Below, piece after piece: positions 1-9,383 of a DNA stretch of 64,000 nt. Location: NCBI GenBank assembly GCA_020852375.1, contig JADZAY010000003.1, positions 6 through 64,005 on the forward strand, written 5' to 3'. Each line of letters begins with the position of its first letter. The stretch's first letter is position 1. The DNA comes from Candidatus Yanofskybacteria bacterium (GTDB lineage: Bacteria > Patescibacteriota > Minisyncoccia > 2-02-FULL-40-12 > GWA2-44-9). The notes below the pieces were generated by a model, which was not told where the DNA came from, ran no database searches, and saw only the letters and a list, made by a program, of their open reading frames with translations. The position numbers and the translations under genes are program-made.

Positions 1-116
1 GCCGGTAATACCTGAAGACCCCTATTTTCCTGGGGGGACACGGTAGGATCGGTAACAGGGAGTAAGTCGTAACAAGGCAAGGCTAGCGGAAGCTGGTCTT
101 GGATCACCTCCTTTCT
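1..116 (+). rRNA. rrs: 16S rRNA, 3' terminal fragment (gene starts upstream of window)
   Basis: Conserved 3' end AAGTCGTAACAAGG...GGATCACCTCCTTTCT including the anti-SD CACCTCCTT. No 23S or tRNA follows. Confidence 0.9.
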
Positions 117-307
117 ATCACTGCTTTCTTTCGAGGAAGCATGATGACAGAGAAAGGTATATGTAGTCGATATAGGGTGTACGTCGCGTGCCATTTCGGT
201 GGCCCACGGCGTACGAACTATGCTGGGTCCGACAGCGAAATCGGAGTTCCATATGGTACTGGAACACAAACGTACCCTGGACTGATTGACTGTGTGAAAT
301 TAGAAAC

Positions 308-336
308 CAAACGCCGCCCCTCCGGGGCGGCGTTTG
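308..336 (+). terminator. Rho-independent terminator after 16S
   Basis: aaacgccgcccc-tccg-gggcggcgttt forms a perfect GC stem, followed by a T-rich run (gtttgtgg). Confidence 0.6.
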
Positions 337-351
337 TGGTAGAATGGGCGC

Positions 352-633
352 ATGCTCACGGGTCCGCAAGTTCCGCAGCTTTCGCAGGCTCCACTCCCGG
401 AGTTTCGCATGGCATGGGGCGGGGAAGCGCTGCGGCTCGAGATCTCTCCGCTCTCGCTGGTAGTGCTTACGCTACTTGCGGGGATTTTCGTTGCCGCGAT
501 GAGCGTTGTGCTGGTGTATCATTGGCGGCGGTTCCCATTCGAGCATGAGACGTTCCGGCGCGCAGAGCGCGTGTATCTGTTCGGAGTGGTCGTATTTTTG
601 GCGATGGCGGTTGCTGGTATTTTCTTGCTCTAG
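352..633 (+). CDS. Small 2-TM membrane protein, hypothetical
   Basis: ORF with two hydrophobic helices. It ends 2 nt before the PH-domain gene, a YdbS/YdbT-like pairing. Confidence 0.4.
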   Translation: MLTGPQVPQLSQAPLPEFRMAWGGEALRLEISPLSLVVLTLLAGIFVAAMSVVLVYHWRRFPFEHETFRRAERVYLFGVVVFLAMAVAGIFLL

Positions 634-635
634 CC

Positions 636-1148
636 ATGTATCTGCCCATGGAAGAAGGGGAGGAGGTTGTCATGAAGGTGCACCGGCACTGGCTGTTCAT
701 TGTCACTCGCATCATCGTGCTCGCTCTCTTGCTCGTTGCCCCACTGCTCGCGGCAGAGGCGTTTCGTGCCTCCGGCGTGCTGGGCGAGGGCGGGATTTCC
801 GGCGCGGCACGTATGACCCTCTGGGCGTTGTGGGGGCTCGTGCTGTGGGTCGTGTTTTGGCAGTTCTGGACCACCTACTACATGGACATCTGGGTCATCA
901 CGAATCGCCGTATCATCGACATCGATTATGAGCGCCTCTTTGACCGGAATATCGCTATCCTGCGGCTTGATCGGGTGCAAGATATCACCACGCATGTGCA
1001 GGGGGTAGTGGGCACGCTGCTGAAATACGGCAAGGTCGTGGTGCAAACTGCTGGCTCCGATAAGGAGTTCGTCATCGACCAGATCGCGCACCCGGAAGCA
1101 CTCCGTGACGCGATATCATTCCAGCTGTCGCGCCTGAAGGAGCGCTAG
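636..1148 (+). CDS. Bacterial PH-domain (bPH_2/DUF304, YdbS/YdbT-like) membrane protein
   Basis: Two N-terminal TM helices followed by a conserved bPH_2-like core (RRIIDIDYERLFDRNIAILRLDRVQDI...GKVVVQTAG). Confidence 0.65.
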   Translation: MYLPMEEGEEVVMKVHRHWLFIVTRIIVLALLLVAPLLAAEAFRASGVLGEGGISGAARMTLWALWGLVLWVVFWQFWTTYYMDIWVITNRRIIDIDYERLFDRNIAILRLDRVQDITTHVQGVVGTLLKYGKVVVQTAGSDKEFVIDQIAHPEALRDAISFQLSRLKER

Positions 1149-1501
1149 CGGATGATCGTCGAGCACGCCGTCTGCCGCCAGACTCGGCTGTCGAGAAAGA
1201 AGAGCCAGGCGGTTTTTTGTCCCTGGCCTGAGAAGATGGCCGTAAGCCGCCCGTCCGGGAGAACATGGGAGGTGCCTTCATCGAGTGCCCAGTGGTATAT
1301 GGTGCCGCTGGGGATGCCCGAGGTGGAAAAAAGCATTGGCTGTCCGACCGTTCCCGATGGCATGGCGGCTGCGCAGGCGACTTGTTCCGCGCGTCCCCCG
1401 GAGAATTCGAATGCGTATTGGGTCGCTATGCCGGATACGCCGATATAGATGCCGAAGCCCACAATGATGACGGCTACGATCGCAACGATGACCGGGTTCA
1501 T
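1145..1501 (-). CDS. Hypothetical membrane-anchored protein
   Basis: N-terminal hydrophobic helix. Convergent with the PH-domain gene. No recognisable domain. Confidence 0.35.
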   Translation of the reverse strand: MNPVIVAIVAVIIVGFGIYIGVSGIATQYAFEFSGGRAEQVACAAAMPSGTVGQPMLFSTSGIPSGTIYHWALDEGTSHVLPDGRLTAIFSGQGQKTAWLFFLDSRVWRQTACSTIIR

Positions 1502-1580
1502 ATGCTTTTAGTATATCACGGGATCATCTTGCCAGCATACCGAATGAATGGTACTGTGCTCGCCGGGAAGGGAGGACATC

Positions 1581-1940
1581 ATGCAAGGACAGCGGTACGA
1601 GTGCCTGGAGCGTGACCCGGAAGGGAGAGTGATCCGACGGTTCAGGGCTGTCTGGATTCCCGACGCAGAGCTGGTGGTTCATTGGGATGTGCCGCACGGT
1701 CACAAACGCGTCGAGCGTGCGTCGACCTTCTCATTCGAGGGAGGCCCGTTCTCTTCCGTGTCGCTGGGATCCTGTGCCGTGCCACATCGGTGCGTCGTGG
1801 CGGCGCGGCGATACCTCGCTCAACGGGCGGACATTGCGCGGCGGCTTCCTGCGATCCAGCTCGCGATCGAGCGGTATCTGGCGCGGCACGCATCGAATGA
1901 TCGGCACATGCAGATCGAGCTCCGACAGCTTGGACGGTAG
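1581..1940 (+). CDS. Hypothetical protein
   Basis: ORF with SD GGGAGG 5 nt upstream of ATG at 1581. Followed by a bidirectional hairpin plus T-run at ~1948-1978. Confidence 0.45.
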   Translation: MQGQRYECLERDPEGRVIRRFRAVWIPDAELVVHWDVPHGHKRVERASTFSFEGGPFSSVSLGSCAVPHRCVVAARRYLAQRADIARRLPAIQLAIERYLARHASNDRHMQIELRQLGR

Positions 1941-1989
1941 AACGCGACAGCGCCCTCACATGGAGAGCGCTGTTTTTATTCGCGTTTGC

Positions 1990-2736
1990 TTAGCGGAGCT
2001 GATAGGTGACCGTCACATTGATCGTGATCTCGTTCTCGCCGGCCGGGAGCTCGGGAGCGGGGACCGCGGAGACCTTTATATCGGCGGCTCCGCCACCACG
2101 CCCATAGAGGATCGGCATAGCGTTGCCGCTCTCACTGAATCCGACGATCTTTCCGAGACGGACACCGAGCTGGCGCTTCAGCTCCTGGGCCTTTGCGTCG
2201 GCATCGGCAATCGCCTTCGCGCGAGCCTCGCTCTTCAGCTGATCCGGCTCGTCGATCTCGAAGCGAAGACTGTTGACCTGGTTCACTCCCGCATCGACGA
2301 CTTTATCGAGGATGGTGTTCGTTGTATCCATATCCCGGATCTTAACGGTGATGGACTGCGTCACCTGGTATCCACGGATGCGGGTTCGTCCGTCAGCGTA
2401 GTCGTACTGGGGGTAGATGTTGTACCCGCTGGTCTTTATGTCCTTTTCATCGATACCCGCCTTTTTGAGGTAGTCGATCGCCATCTTGGAACGTCGGTTT
2501 GCTTCGGTTTGGGCCGACGCTGCGGTCGAGCCTTCTACGCTAATAGCGAGGTCTGCGACCGCGATATCCGGGACCGCGCGTACGGTGCCCGTACCGCTGA
2601 CCGTGATGATATCGCCGACGTTGCCGGTGCGGGAGGTCTGGTCGATGGATTGTCCCAGCCACACCGCAGAAAGTGCGAGCACCGCTACAACCAGCCAACC
2701 GCCAACCTGCAGCTGCTTCTGGAGTTTCTCGATCAT
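1990..2736 (-). CDS. SIMPL-domain (DUF541) periplasmic/immunogenic protein family
   Basis: N-terminal TM/signal segment, then a typical SIMPL core (GYQVTQSITVKIRDMD...VNSLRFEIDEPDQLKSEARAKAIADA). Confidence 0.8.
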   Translation of the reverse strand: MIEKLQKQLQVGGWLVVAVLALSAVWLGQSIDQTSRTGNVGDIITVSGTGTVRAVPDIAVADLAISVEGSTAASAQTEANRRSKMAIDYLKKAGIDEKDIKTSGYNIYPQYDYADGRTRIRGYQVTQSITVKIRDMDTTNTILDKVVDAGVNQVNSLRFEIDEPDQLKSEARAKAIADADAKAQELKRQLGVRLGKIVGFSESGNAMPILYGRGGGAADIKVSAVPAPELPAGENEITINVTVTYQLR

Positions 2737-2771
2737 ATGATGAGAGGGTTAGTGTTCAATACTATGATACC

Positions 2772-3284
2772 ATGAACAACGATATGTCCTCCGCACAGGT
2801 AACACCCCGTCTGCAGGTCGTTGCGTATAATGTTCGCAGCATTTTAAATGTGGGCGCTCTATTCCGGACGGCCGATGCGGTAGGGGCGGGGAGGGTCTGG
2901 CTCACCGGATTTACGCCAGGGCCGGATATTCACCCCGAACGCATCGCAAAAACGGCGCTTGGTTCGGAGGCGGTTGTTCCGTGGAGTCGCATTGACCGTC
3001 TCGAGGACTGCATCGAGCGCTTACGGCGGGAGGGGATACGGATCGTCGCACTTGAGCGGACGGAGGGTGCTGTTGACTATCGAGCGTTTCAGCCGGTATT
3101 TCCGATGGCGCTTATCGTGGGAAATGAAGTTGCCGGCCTGCCGGTCGCGTCGCACAATCTATTCGATGAGGTTGTCAGCATACCGATGCGTGGCGCAAAG
3201 GAGTCACTCAATGTTGCTATCGCGTTCGGTATCGCGGCATATGAGTACACACGGAAGTGGGACGAAAAACCGACCCAGGAATGA
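2772..3284 (+). CDS. SpoU/TrmH-family RNA 2'-O-methyltransferase
   Basis: SPOUT motifs present (LIVGNEVAGLP ... SIPMRGAKESLNVAIAFGIAAYEY). Start taken at internal ATG 2772 to avoid overlap with the convergent gene. Confidence 0.8.
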   Translation: MNNDMSSAQVTPRLQVVAYNVRSILNVGALFRTADAVGAGRVWLTGFTPGPDIHPERIAKTALGSEAVVPWSRIDRLEDCIERLRREGIRIVALERTEGAVDYRAFQPVFPMALIVGNEVAGLPVASHNLFDEVVSIPMRGAKESLNVAIAFGIAAYEYTRKWDEKPTQE

Positions 3285-3684
3285 GTCGGTTGGATCAGTG
3301 CAACCATGCGGTCCGCGGAACAATAACGACCACTTGAGGGCGCGATGCGTGGCTTGATCGAAGGAATGAGTATGACCCGTCAGTGCTGGTCGCCGTCAGA
3401 AGGGCGCCATCGGGCCACGTGCAGTAGTCGCACAAGTACACGTGGCGCTGATCCATTGTTCGGTCCGCGCGGCGGGCGTACTTGGTCCAGCGAAGCGGAA
3501 TAACTCCATGCCGGACGCGTGATGTTCCGAGGCACGAATCGCAGCTAGCTTTTCCTTGAGCAACGAAGGGAAGATGTGCCCAGGGCCAACCTTTCGAGGG
3601 AGGCGGGTCTTCTTCCATGGGGCCTCCGATTTATTATGCGACACGATTGACTGTGTGGCAGGCGGTCGCATACTGCAAAAGAAC

Positions 3685-4329
3685 ATGGTCACGGTACCGC
3701 GGAAAACGCTCGAACGCAATTTGTGCGCAGAAGGTCACCGCACTATTATTGGCGTCGATGAAGTTGGCATGGCATGTCTCGCCGGTCCGGTGGTTGTGTG
3801 TGCGCTTGCTGTCGATGCGGGATTCTATGAGCGTGCGCACCGGGAGCTTTCGAAGCTCCGGGACTCCAAGGCGCTCCTTCCCCACCAGCGCGAGCGGTAC
3901 GCCGATGCGCTGGTACGCGAATCCGGCCTTCGGTGGCATATCGGTGTACGCGACCCCGCTGTCATTGATGAGGTGAACATCTATCAAGCGAGTCGCGACG
4001 CCATGCGGGAGGCGGTGCAAGCGCTCGCTTCCGTGAGCCCCACCCCGGTGGTGTTGGTTGATGGAAACAAGATACTCCGCGGCATCGATCTGCCGCAGCG
4101 AGCGGTTGTGAAGGGTGACCGGAAGATTTGGGCTATCGCCGCCGCGTCCATATTGGCGAAAGTCCACCGAGATCGCATGATGGCCGTGTATGCGCATGAA
4201 TATCCGCTCTACGCATTCGAGCAGCACAAGGGATACCCCACGCGTCTCCACTATGCGAGACTCCGCGAGCATGGCCCCTGCCCCCTTCATCGGAGGTCGT
4301 TTCTGCGGAATTTGACGAAAGCCGTGTAG
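3685..4329 (+). CDS. rnhB: Ribonuclease HII
   Basis: GVDEVGMACLAGPVVV matches the GxDEaGRGplaGPvv motif. Start set at M (MVTVPRK) rather than the long upstream ORF extension. Confidence 0.85.
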   Translation: MVTVPRKTLERNLCAEGHRTIIGVDEVGMACLAGPVVVCALAVDAGFYERAHRELSKLRDSKALLPHQRERYADALVRESGLRWHIGVRDPAVIDEVNIYQASRDAMREAVQALASVSPTPVVLVDGNKILRGIDLPQRAVVKGDRKIWAIAAASILAKVHRDRMMAVYAHEYPLYAFEQHKGYPTRLHYARLREHGPCPLHRRSFLRNLTKAV

Positions 4330-4388
4330 CATGCCATTCTTCCGCATCCCGATAGTCGTTCTTTGTTATCGCTTTGCGGAGGTGACTC

Positions 4389-5156
4389 ATGGTCCGTTTG
4401 ATGGTAGGACTTGGAGCTCTTGCCCTCCTTGGAGGGTGCCTCATTGTCCTGCTTGCGCGGGCTGTGATGGCCCCGCGAGCATTCGTGAAGTCGCTCTCGC
4501 TGAAGCGTTTTGTGGGAACCCTGCTTGATTCCGGCGTTGCAGCTGGGGCGATACTTCTTTCCGCGGTTCTTGCGTGGATGCTCTTCGGAGTGCATCCGCA
4601 TCGCCTTGCGATGTCGCATGGAGACCGCGGGAGTTACGGCGTCATCTCCGACGATCGTTTCATGGCCGAAGGGGTAGCGGTGAAGCGGTTCACCGCTGTG
4701 TATGTGCCCTCTCGCATCATCAGTGTTGTGGGGATCCCGTGGCCCGTTCCCGAAAGCCTTGAGGTCGAAGTCGTCTACCAGGGGCGCGGGGGTGCCGAGG
4801 AAACGTGGGAGCACACATTCCTCCTCGCGTGCGACGAGGAGAGCGCGTGCGTTCCGGTGTATCGTCTTACTGGAGTCCAGCTGTGCGCGGAGCGGGATGA
4901 GGGAAGAAGCACTCCGGCCTGCGGTCCATTCGTATACCTCGGAAACAAGGGGTGGCCGATGGTACTTCCAAGACCTCCGGTTCGCGCCCCGCTCCCGGAC
5001 CTCGTTCCATCCCCGGGCCCGGTTCCGAACCCGAGTCCGACGCCGACGCCTCCGGTGAAGCGAGAGAACAATCTGTTCAGAGTTGCGCCCGGCGCGATCA
5101 TCGCCCTTGCCCCGCCTGTTCATAAGGCGGGGCGTTTTTCTGCGCTACCATGGTAA
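4389..5156 (+). CDS. Hypothetical membrane/secreted protein with Pro-rich C-terminus
   Basis: N-terminal TM helices and a PxP-rich tail. Preferred over the antisense Arg-rich ORF 4287..5123. Confidence 0.45.
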   Translation: MVRLMVGLGALALLGGCLIVLLARAVMAPRAFVKSLSLKRFVGTLLDSGVAAGAILLSAVLAWMLFGVHPHRLAMSHGDRGSYGVISDDRFMAEGVAVKRFTAVYVPSRIISVVGIPWPVPESLEVEVVYQGRGGAEETWEHTFLLACDEESACVPVYRLTGVQLCAERDEGRSTPACGPFVYLGNKGWPMVLPRPPVRAPLPDLVPSPGPVPNPSPTPTPPVKRENNLFRVAPGAIIALAPPVHKAGRFSALPW

Positions 5157-5165
5157 AATGGCCGT

Positions 5166-6194
5166 ATGGCGAATATCGCGATAAATGGGTTCGGGCGTAT
5201 CGGGCGGGCGCTCTTCAAGCTTGCACTTACCAAGTCGGAGCTTAATATCGTTGCCATCAATGATCTGGGGGACCCCGAGAACCTAGCGTACTTGCTTCGG
5301 TTCGATTCCGCATACGGGCGGTATCAGCACGACGTGTCCGTGGAGGAAGTCGACGGAAAGACGTGGCTTGTAGCCGGGGGTCGGCGCTTCCTCTTTCTTC
5401 AGGAGAAGGATCCCGCGGCTCTCCCGTGGGGTGATCTCGGCGTCGATATCGCCGTCGAGGCGACGGGCGTCTTTGAGAGCTATGAGAAGGCGCGGGTGCA
5501 TCTGACCGCGGGTGCCAAGCGGGTCGTTCTTACTGCGCCTGCAAAGGATGACGATGGCCCGGATGCCCGTACAGTGCTGGTCGGGGTGAACACCGACCAG
5601 CTTAAGACGTGCACGCTGTCGAACAATGGGTCGTGCACGACGAATTCCGCTTCCCCGGTCATTCAGATATTGCAGGAGGGCCTCGGCATCAAGAAGGCGT
5701 TCTTGAATACCGTCCATGGATATACCGCGACACAGAGCCTAATCGATGGGCCGACGAAGGGACACGACTTTCGCCGAGGGCGCGCAGCGGCGGCGAATAT
5801 CACGCCCTCGAGTACGGGCGCGGCGATCGCAGTAGCCCGTGTTGTCGACGGTATGGACGGTCATTTTGATGGAATGTCCCTTCGAGTCCCGATCCTTACC
5901 GGGTCCATTTCCGCGATCACCTTCCTCGCAAAGCGAAAGACGACCCCCGAAGAGATCAATACGGTGCTCGAGAGTGCCGCAAAGGATCCGCGATGGAGCG
6001 GCGTGTTTACGGTGACCCGTGACCAGCTGGTGTCGTCGGATATCATCGGTGACCCGCATGCCGCGATCGCGGATCTATCACTGACCAAGGTTGTGGACGG
6101 CGATCTGTGCGCTGTGTACAGCTGGTACGACAATGAATTCGGCTATACGAACTCTCTTGTCATGCACGTCCTAGCAGCGGCTGCCGCATTGTGA
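5166..6194 (+). CDS. gap: Glyceraldehyde-3-phosphate dehydrogenase, type I
   Basis: NGFGRIGR Rossmann motif and active-site SCTTNS (catalytic Cys retained). Full-length 342 aa. Confidence 0.95.
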   Translation: MANIAINGFGRIGRALFKLALTKSELNIVAINDLGDPENLAYLLRFDSAYGRYQHDVSVEEVDGKTWLVAGGRRFLFLQEKDPAALPWGDLGVDIAVEATGVFESYEKARVHLTAGAKRVVLTAPAKDDDGPDARTVLVGVNTDQLKTCTLSNNGSCTTNSASPVIQILQEGLGIKKAFLNTVHGYTATQSLIDGPTKGHDFRRGRAAAANITPSSTGAAIAVARVVDGMDGHFDGMSLRVPILTGSISAITFLAKRKTTPEEINTVLESAAKDPRWSGVFTVTRDQLVSSDIIGDPHAAIADLSLTKVVDGDLCAVYSWYDNEFGYTNSLVMHVLAAAAAL

Positions 6195-6249
6195 GCATTC
6201 ATATCCGGCGACCTGCTTCGTTTCCGAGTGCTGCGAGTCCGCTCAACTG

Positions 6250-7113
6250 ATGTCCGAATATATCTCTGAAAAGAAGGTGCAAGAGCTCGAGCTGAAGGCG
6301 AACGAGATCCGCCAGAGCGTTATTGAGATGCTTGTTGCGGCGGGCTCGGGGCATACCGCAGGGCCGTTGGGTATGGCAGACATCTTCACCGCCATGTATT
6401 TTCACGTGCTTAACCACGATCCGGAGAACCCTGACCTTTCCTCGCGGGATCGTTTGGTGCTCTCGAACGGGCATATCACTCCCGTCCGGTATGCTGCCAT
6501 GGCGCACGCAGGGTATTTCCCGATCGAGGAGCTGAAGACGCTTCGGAAGCTGGGGAGCCGCCTTCAGGGGCATCCCGAGCGCTCCCGGCTTCCCGGTCTT
6601 GAGACGACTTCCGGCCCGTTGGGATCGGGTCTTGGGCAGGCCGTTGGTATGGCGCTGGCGGCGCGGATGGACCGTGCGTACTGGCGGACATACTGCTTCA
6701 TGTCCGACGGTGAGCAGGACGAGGGTGTGGTGTGGGAATCGGCGATGTTCGCCGGCAAGGAGCGGCTTTCGAATCTCACGGGCATTATTGATCGCAATAA
6801 TATCCAGATCGATGGCATGACCGAGCAGGTCATGCCGCTGGAGTCGCTGCGAGCGAAATGGGAGGCGTTCAATTGGCATGTGCTCGAGGTCGATGGCCAC
6901 AACATCGAGGCGTTCGTGGATGCAATTCAGCAGGCGAAGGCCATCTTCGAGAAGCCGACCGTCATTATTGCGCATACGATCCCGGGAAAAGGAGTGAAAG
7001 AGATCGAGTTCGATTACACATGGCACGGGGTGCCTCCCAAGGCGGATGAGGCCAAGCGATTCCTTGCCGAGTTGCGGACGCTTCGTGGTACGATACAGAG
7101 TGAACATCAATAA
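6250..7113 (+). CDS. Transketolase, N-terminal (TPP-binding) subunit of a split transketolase
   Basis: GSGHTAGPLGMADI...SDGEQDEG TPP-binding motifs. 287 aa, corresponding to the N-terminal third of Tkt. Confidence 0.9.
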   Translation: MSEYISEKKVQELELKANEIRQSVIEMLVAAGSGHTAGPLGMADIFTAMYFHVLNHDPENPDLSSRDRLVLSNGHITPVRYAAMAHAGYFPIEELKTLRKLGSRLQGHPERSRLPGLETTSGPLGSGLGQAVGMALAARMDRAYWRTYCFMSDGEQDEGVVWESAMFAGKERLSNLTGIIDRNNIQIDGMTEQVMPLESLRAKWEAFNWHVLEVDGHNIEAFVDAIQQAKAIFEKPTVIIAHTIPGKGVKEIEFDYTWHGVPPKADEAKRFLAELRTLRGTIQSEHQ

Positions 7114-7216
7114 TCCCGTTAGAGTCCAACAAGCAAGCTATGACATCAGGCATCGGCAACTCGACTTATGTTCCAGCGGTCTTCCGTGCCGTATTGTTTT
7201 TTGGACTCTAACGGGA
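7114..7216. repeat. Perfect ~16-bp inverted repeat (tcccgttagagtccaa / ttggactctaacggga) separated by ~65 nt
   Basis: Read directly from the sequence. Located immediately after the tkt-N stop. Confidence 0.8.
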
Positions 7217-7647
7217 TGCTCCGCGACCTTACCATGATCTTCTCGGTACTCGTTTCGGTGTTCTCGCTGGGTTTTGGAGTGTACAAGAACATCGAGGCGG
7301 GGAATGCGCGTGGGTTTGCGTATGAGCAGGCATATCGCATTCTCGGTGCGGTCGAGGGTGCCAATATCGGTCCGGCGGCGAAGGCGTCGATCGTGGATGC
7401 CGCGTTTGCATCATTCGCCACTCCTCCTCCGGTGATCGACCTCTCTCGTTCGAGCGCCGACACTACGGTTTCCGCGGAGGCGTGCACTGAGGCGGCTCGT
7501 TCTCAATGTATCGCTCTCGCTCGCTCGCTCGCAGGTGCGAATGCACAGTGCGTGCGCGAGCGGGATGCTGGCGTTTCATGCGAACATGCGGTGGCGCTTC
7601 AGACAGCTATCGAGCAAACCGCATGCGTGCAATGTTTTATTCGCTGA
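7168..7647 (+). CDS. Small Cys-rich membrane-anchored protein (hypothetical)
   Basis: TM helix then a soluble region with 6 Cys (ACTEAARSQC...CVRERDAGVSC...TACVQC). Start may be the internal M at 7216. Confidence 0.45.
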   Translation: MFQRSSVPYCFLDSNGMLRDLTMIFSVLVSVFSLGFGVYKNIEAGNARGFAYEQAYRILGAVEGANIGPAAKASIVDAAFASFATPPPVIDLSRSSADTTVSAEACTEAARSQCIALARSLAGANAQCVRERDAGVSCEHAVALQTAIEQTACVQCFIR

Positions 7648-7648
7648 T

Positions 7649-8029
7649 ATGGAAAAACGAATGCTCTTCCCGTTGACGATGTTCTTGTTTGCCGGCGTTT
7701 CATTTGTGTTTGGGGGTTGGCAGTATTTCCAGGCGCGCGCCACGCACCAGGCATCTCAGCAGCGGATGGCATTCATCCTGACTTCGATCGAGGAAAGCGG
7801 CGTGTCGCGTGTTCAGAAGCAACAGCTCTACGCGCGCATCATGGACGGACTTCCCGCCGCGCCTAGCGTATTCGGGATCGATGTGTCCGGCTCATTCGCA
7901 AGTCCTGGGAGTGGCGACGCCTGCACGAGCGAAGGCCAGCGCACCGTGTGCCGTGCGCTCGTTGTGCGGGGGGTGTCGCGCGATGCGCAAAAGGCTATAT
8001 GTGGCGCGTGCTATCCCAGTATGGAGTAG
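7649..8029 (+). CDS. Small Cys-rich membrane-anchored protein, paralog-like of the preceding ORF
   Basis: ATG overlaps the previous stop (tgATATGg). TM helix plus a Cys pattern (ACTSEGQRTVC...AICGAC) resembling the upstream ORF. Confidence 0.45.
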   Translation: MEKRMLFPLTMFLFAGVSFVFGGWQYFQARATHQASQQRMAFILTSIEESGVSRVQKQQLYARIMDGLPAAPSVFGIDVSGSFASPGSGDACTSEGQRTVCRALVVRGVSRDAQKAICGACYPSME

Positions 8030-8229
8030 GTTTCGCATATTTCATGGCATGATCATGCACGGCGAAAGGAGGTGGAGAGCATCATGAGTACCGGTCTTTT
8101 GTTCGGACTTATCGGTGTCGCTGTATTGGTAGTTGCAGGAATCATCTGGGGACAGAGCAAGTAGCCTGATCGTCCCACGATAGCGCTGACTATGGTGGGA
8201 TGCATGAGGACGGTTGCCTTGTTCATCGT

Positions 8230-9213
8230 ATGAGCACACCTAGAAACACAATTGGTTCCCGGGCCGCCCCGCTAGACATGGTTCCGACGCGGGACGGGTA
8301 TGGGAAGGGAGTTGTTGATGCCGGCGAACGGGATGAGCGGGTGGTGGTTTTGTGCGCCGATCTTACCGAGTCGACCCGGAGCCACTGGTTTGCCGAGCGA
8401 TTCCCCGAGCGTTTCATTCAGGTTGGCGTTGCGGAGCAGAATCTTGCCGTCATCGCATCCGGCCTCGCGGCTGCAGGAAAGATCCCATTTATCGCGAGCT
8501 ATGCCACATTCAGCCCCGGCAGGAACAACGAGCAGATACGAACGAACATTTGTCTCAATGATGTGCCGGTGAAGGTGGTCGGCGCACACGCGGGCATCAG
8601 CGTTGGCCCCGATGGGGCTACGCACCAAGCCCTCGAAGACATCGCACTGATGCGCGTTCTACCGAACATGACGGTCGTTGTCCCGTGCGATGCGATCGAG
8701 GCGCGGAAGGCAACGCGTGCCATTGCCGAGACCGCGGGGCCTGCCTACCTCCGTCTCGGACGGGAGAAAAGCCCAGTGATTACGGACGACCAGACTCCCT
8801 TTGAGATCGGCCGCGCGCATGCACTGCAAGAGGGCGATGATGTTGCGATCATTGCGTGCGGGATACTGGTGCACGAGGCGCTTGTGGCCGCTGATTTACT
8901 GGCGAGCGAAGGTATTGCCTGTACCGTGCTGAACAATCACACGATCAAGCCGATGGATGAGGGCGCAGTGGTTTCTGCTGCGCGGCGGTGTGGGGCGGTG
9001 GTCACCGCCGAAGAACACCAGGTCGCCGGTGGGATGGGGTCTGCTGTCGCAGAGATGCTTGCGCGGGTCTATCCGGTGCCGATTGAATTTGTCGGTATCG
9101 GGGACCGATTCGGGGAGTCCGGTGCTCCCGCGGAGCTCATGAACGCATTTGGGCTTACGGCAGAGCGCATCGTTGTCGCCGCCAAGAATGTCCTTGCCAG
9201 AAAGAGCGGCTAG
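8230..9213 (+). CDS. Transketolase, C-terminal (pyrimidine-binding + C-terminal domain) subunit
   Basis: FIQVGVAEQNLAVIASGLA...VGAHAGISVGPDGATHQALEDIALMR matches the Tkt Pyr and C-terminal domains. Confidence 0.9.
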   Translation: MSTPRNTIGSRAAPLDMVPTRDGYGKGVVDAGERDERVVVLCADLTESTRSHWFAERFPERFIQVGVAEQNLAVIASGLAAAGKIPFIASYATFSPGRNNEQIRTNICLNDVPVKVVGAHAGISVGPDGATHQALEDIALMRVLPNMTVVVPCDAIEARKATRAIAETAGPAYLRLGREKSPVITDDQTPFEIGRAHALQEGDDVAIIACGILVHEALVAADLLASEGIACTVLNNHTIKPMDEGAVVSAARRCGAVVTAEEHQVAGGMGSAVAEMLARVYPVPIEFVGIGDRFGESGAPAELMNAFGLTAERIVVAAKNVLARKSG

Positions 9214-9236
9214 TATCAGCCATTCTTAGGGCGAAG

Positions 9237-9265
9237 TTTGACTTTCCTGAAAAATAGAGTATACT
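9237..9265 (+). promoter_or_regulatory. Sigma70-like promoter (TTGACT-16nt-TATACT) upstream of the DGR target gene
   Basis: ttgactttcctgaaaaatagagtatact, ~115 nt upstream of the start codon at 9384. Confidence 0.5.
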
Positions 9266-9383
9266 TAACATGCGGGGTGACATCAGTCCCTGCGTTGTTT
9301 GAAAACGAAGTATCACCGCACTGTGCGGCCCCGACCTCGGGCAAGAGGGACGTACACGCGCAACCAAGCGCAAGGAGACAGTC

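Noticed and set aside
1687-2775. 362-aa plus ORF
   Set aside because: It is antisense to the SIMPL-domain gene and its sequence is R/G/S-rich junk.
3556-3684. N-terminal extension of the rnhB track ORF (starting 3556)
   Set aside because: RNase HII homology begins at MVTVPRK (3685). The upstream 43 codons are Gly/Arg/Cys-rich and unlike RNase HII N-termini.
4287-5123. 278-aa Arg-rich minus ORF
   Set aside because: Low-complexity, R-rich translation typical of an antisense frame. The overlapping plus ORF has a coherent membrane-protein profile.
8083-8164. Possible 26-aa hydrophobic micro-ORF after an AAGGAGG SD
   Set aside because: On careful reading, the hydrophobic frame has no start codon. 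The ATG frame instead gives a Cys/Arg-rich 28-mer. It is probably just a spacer.
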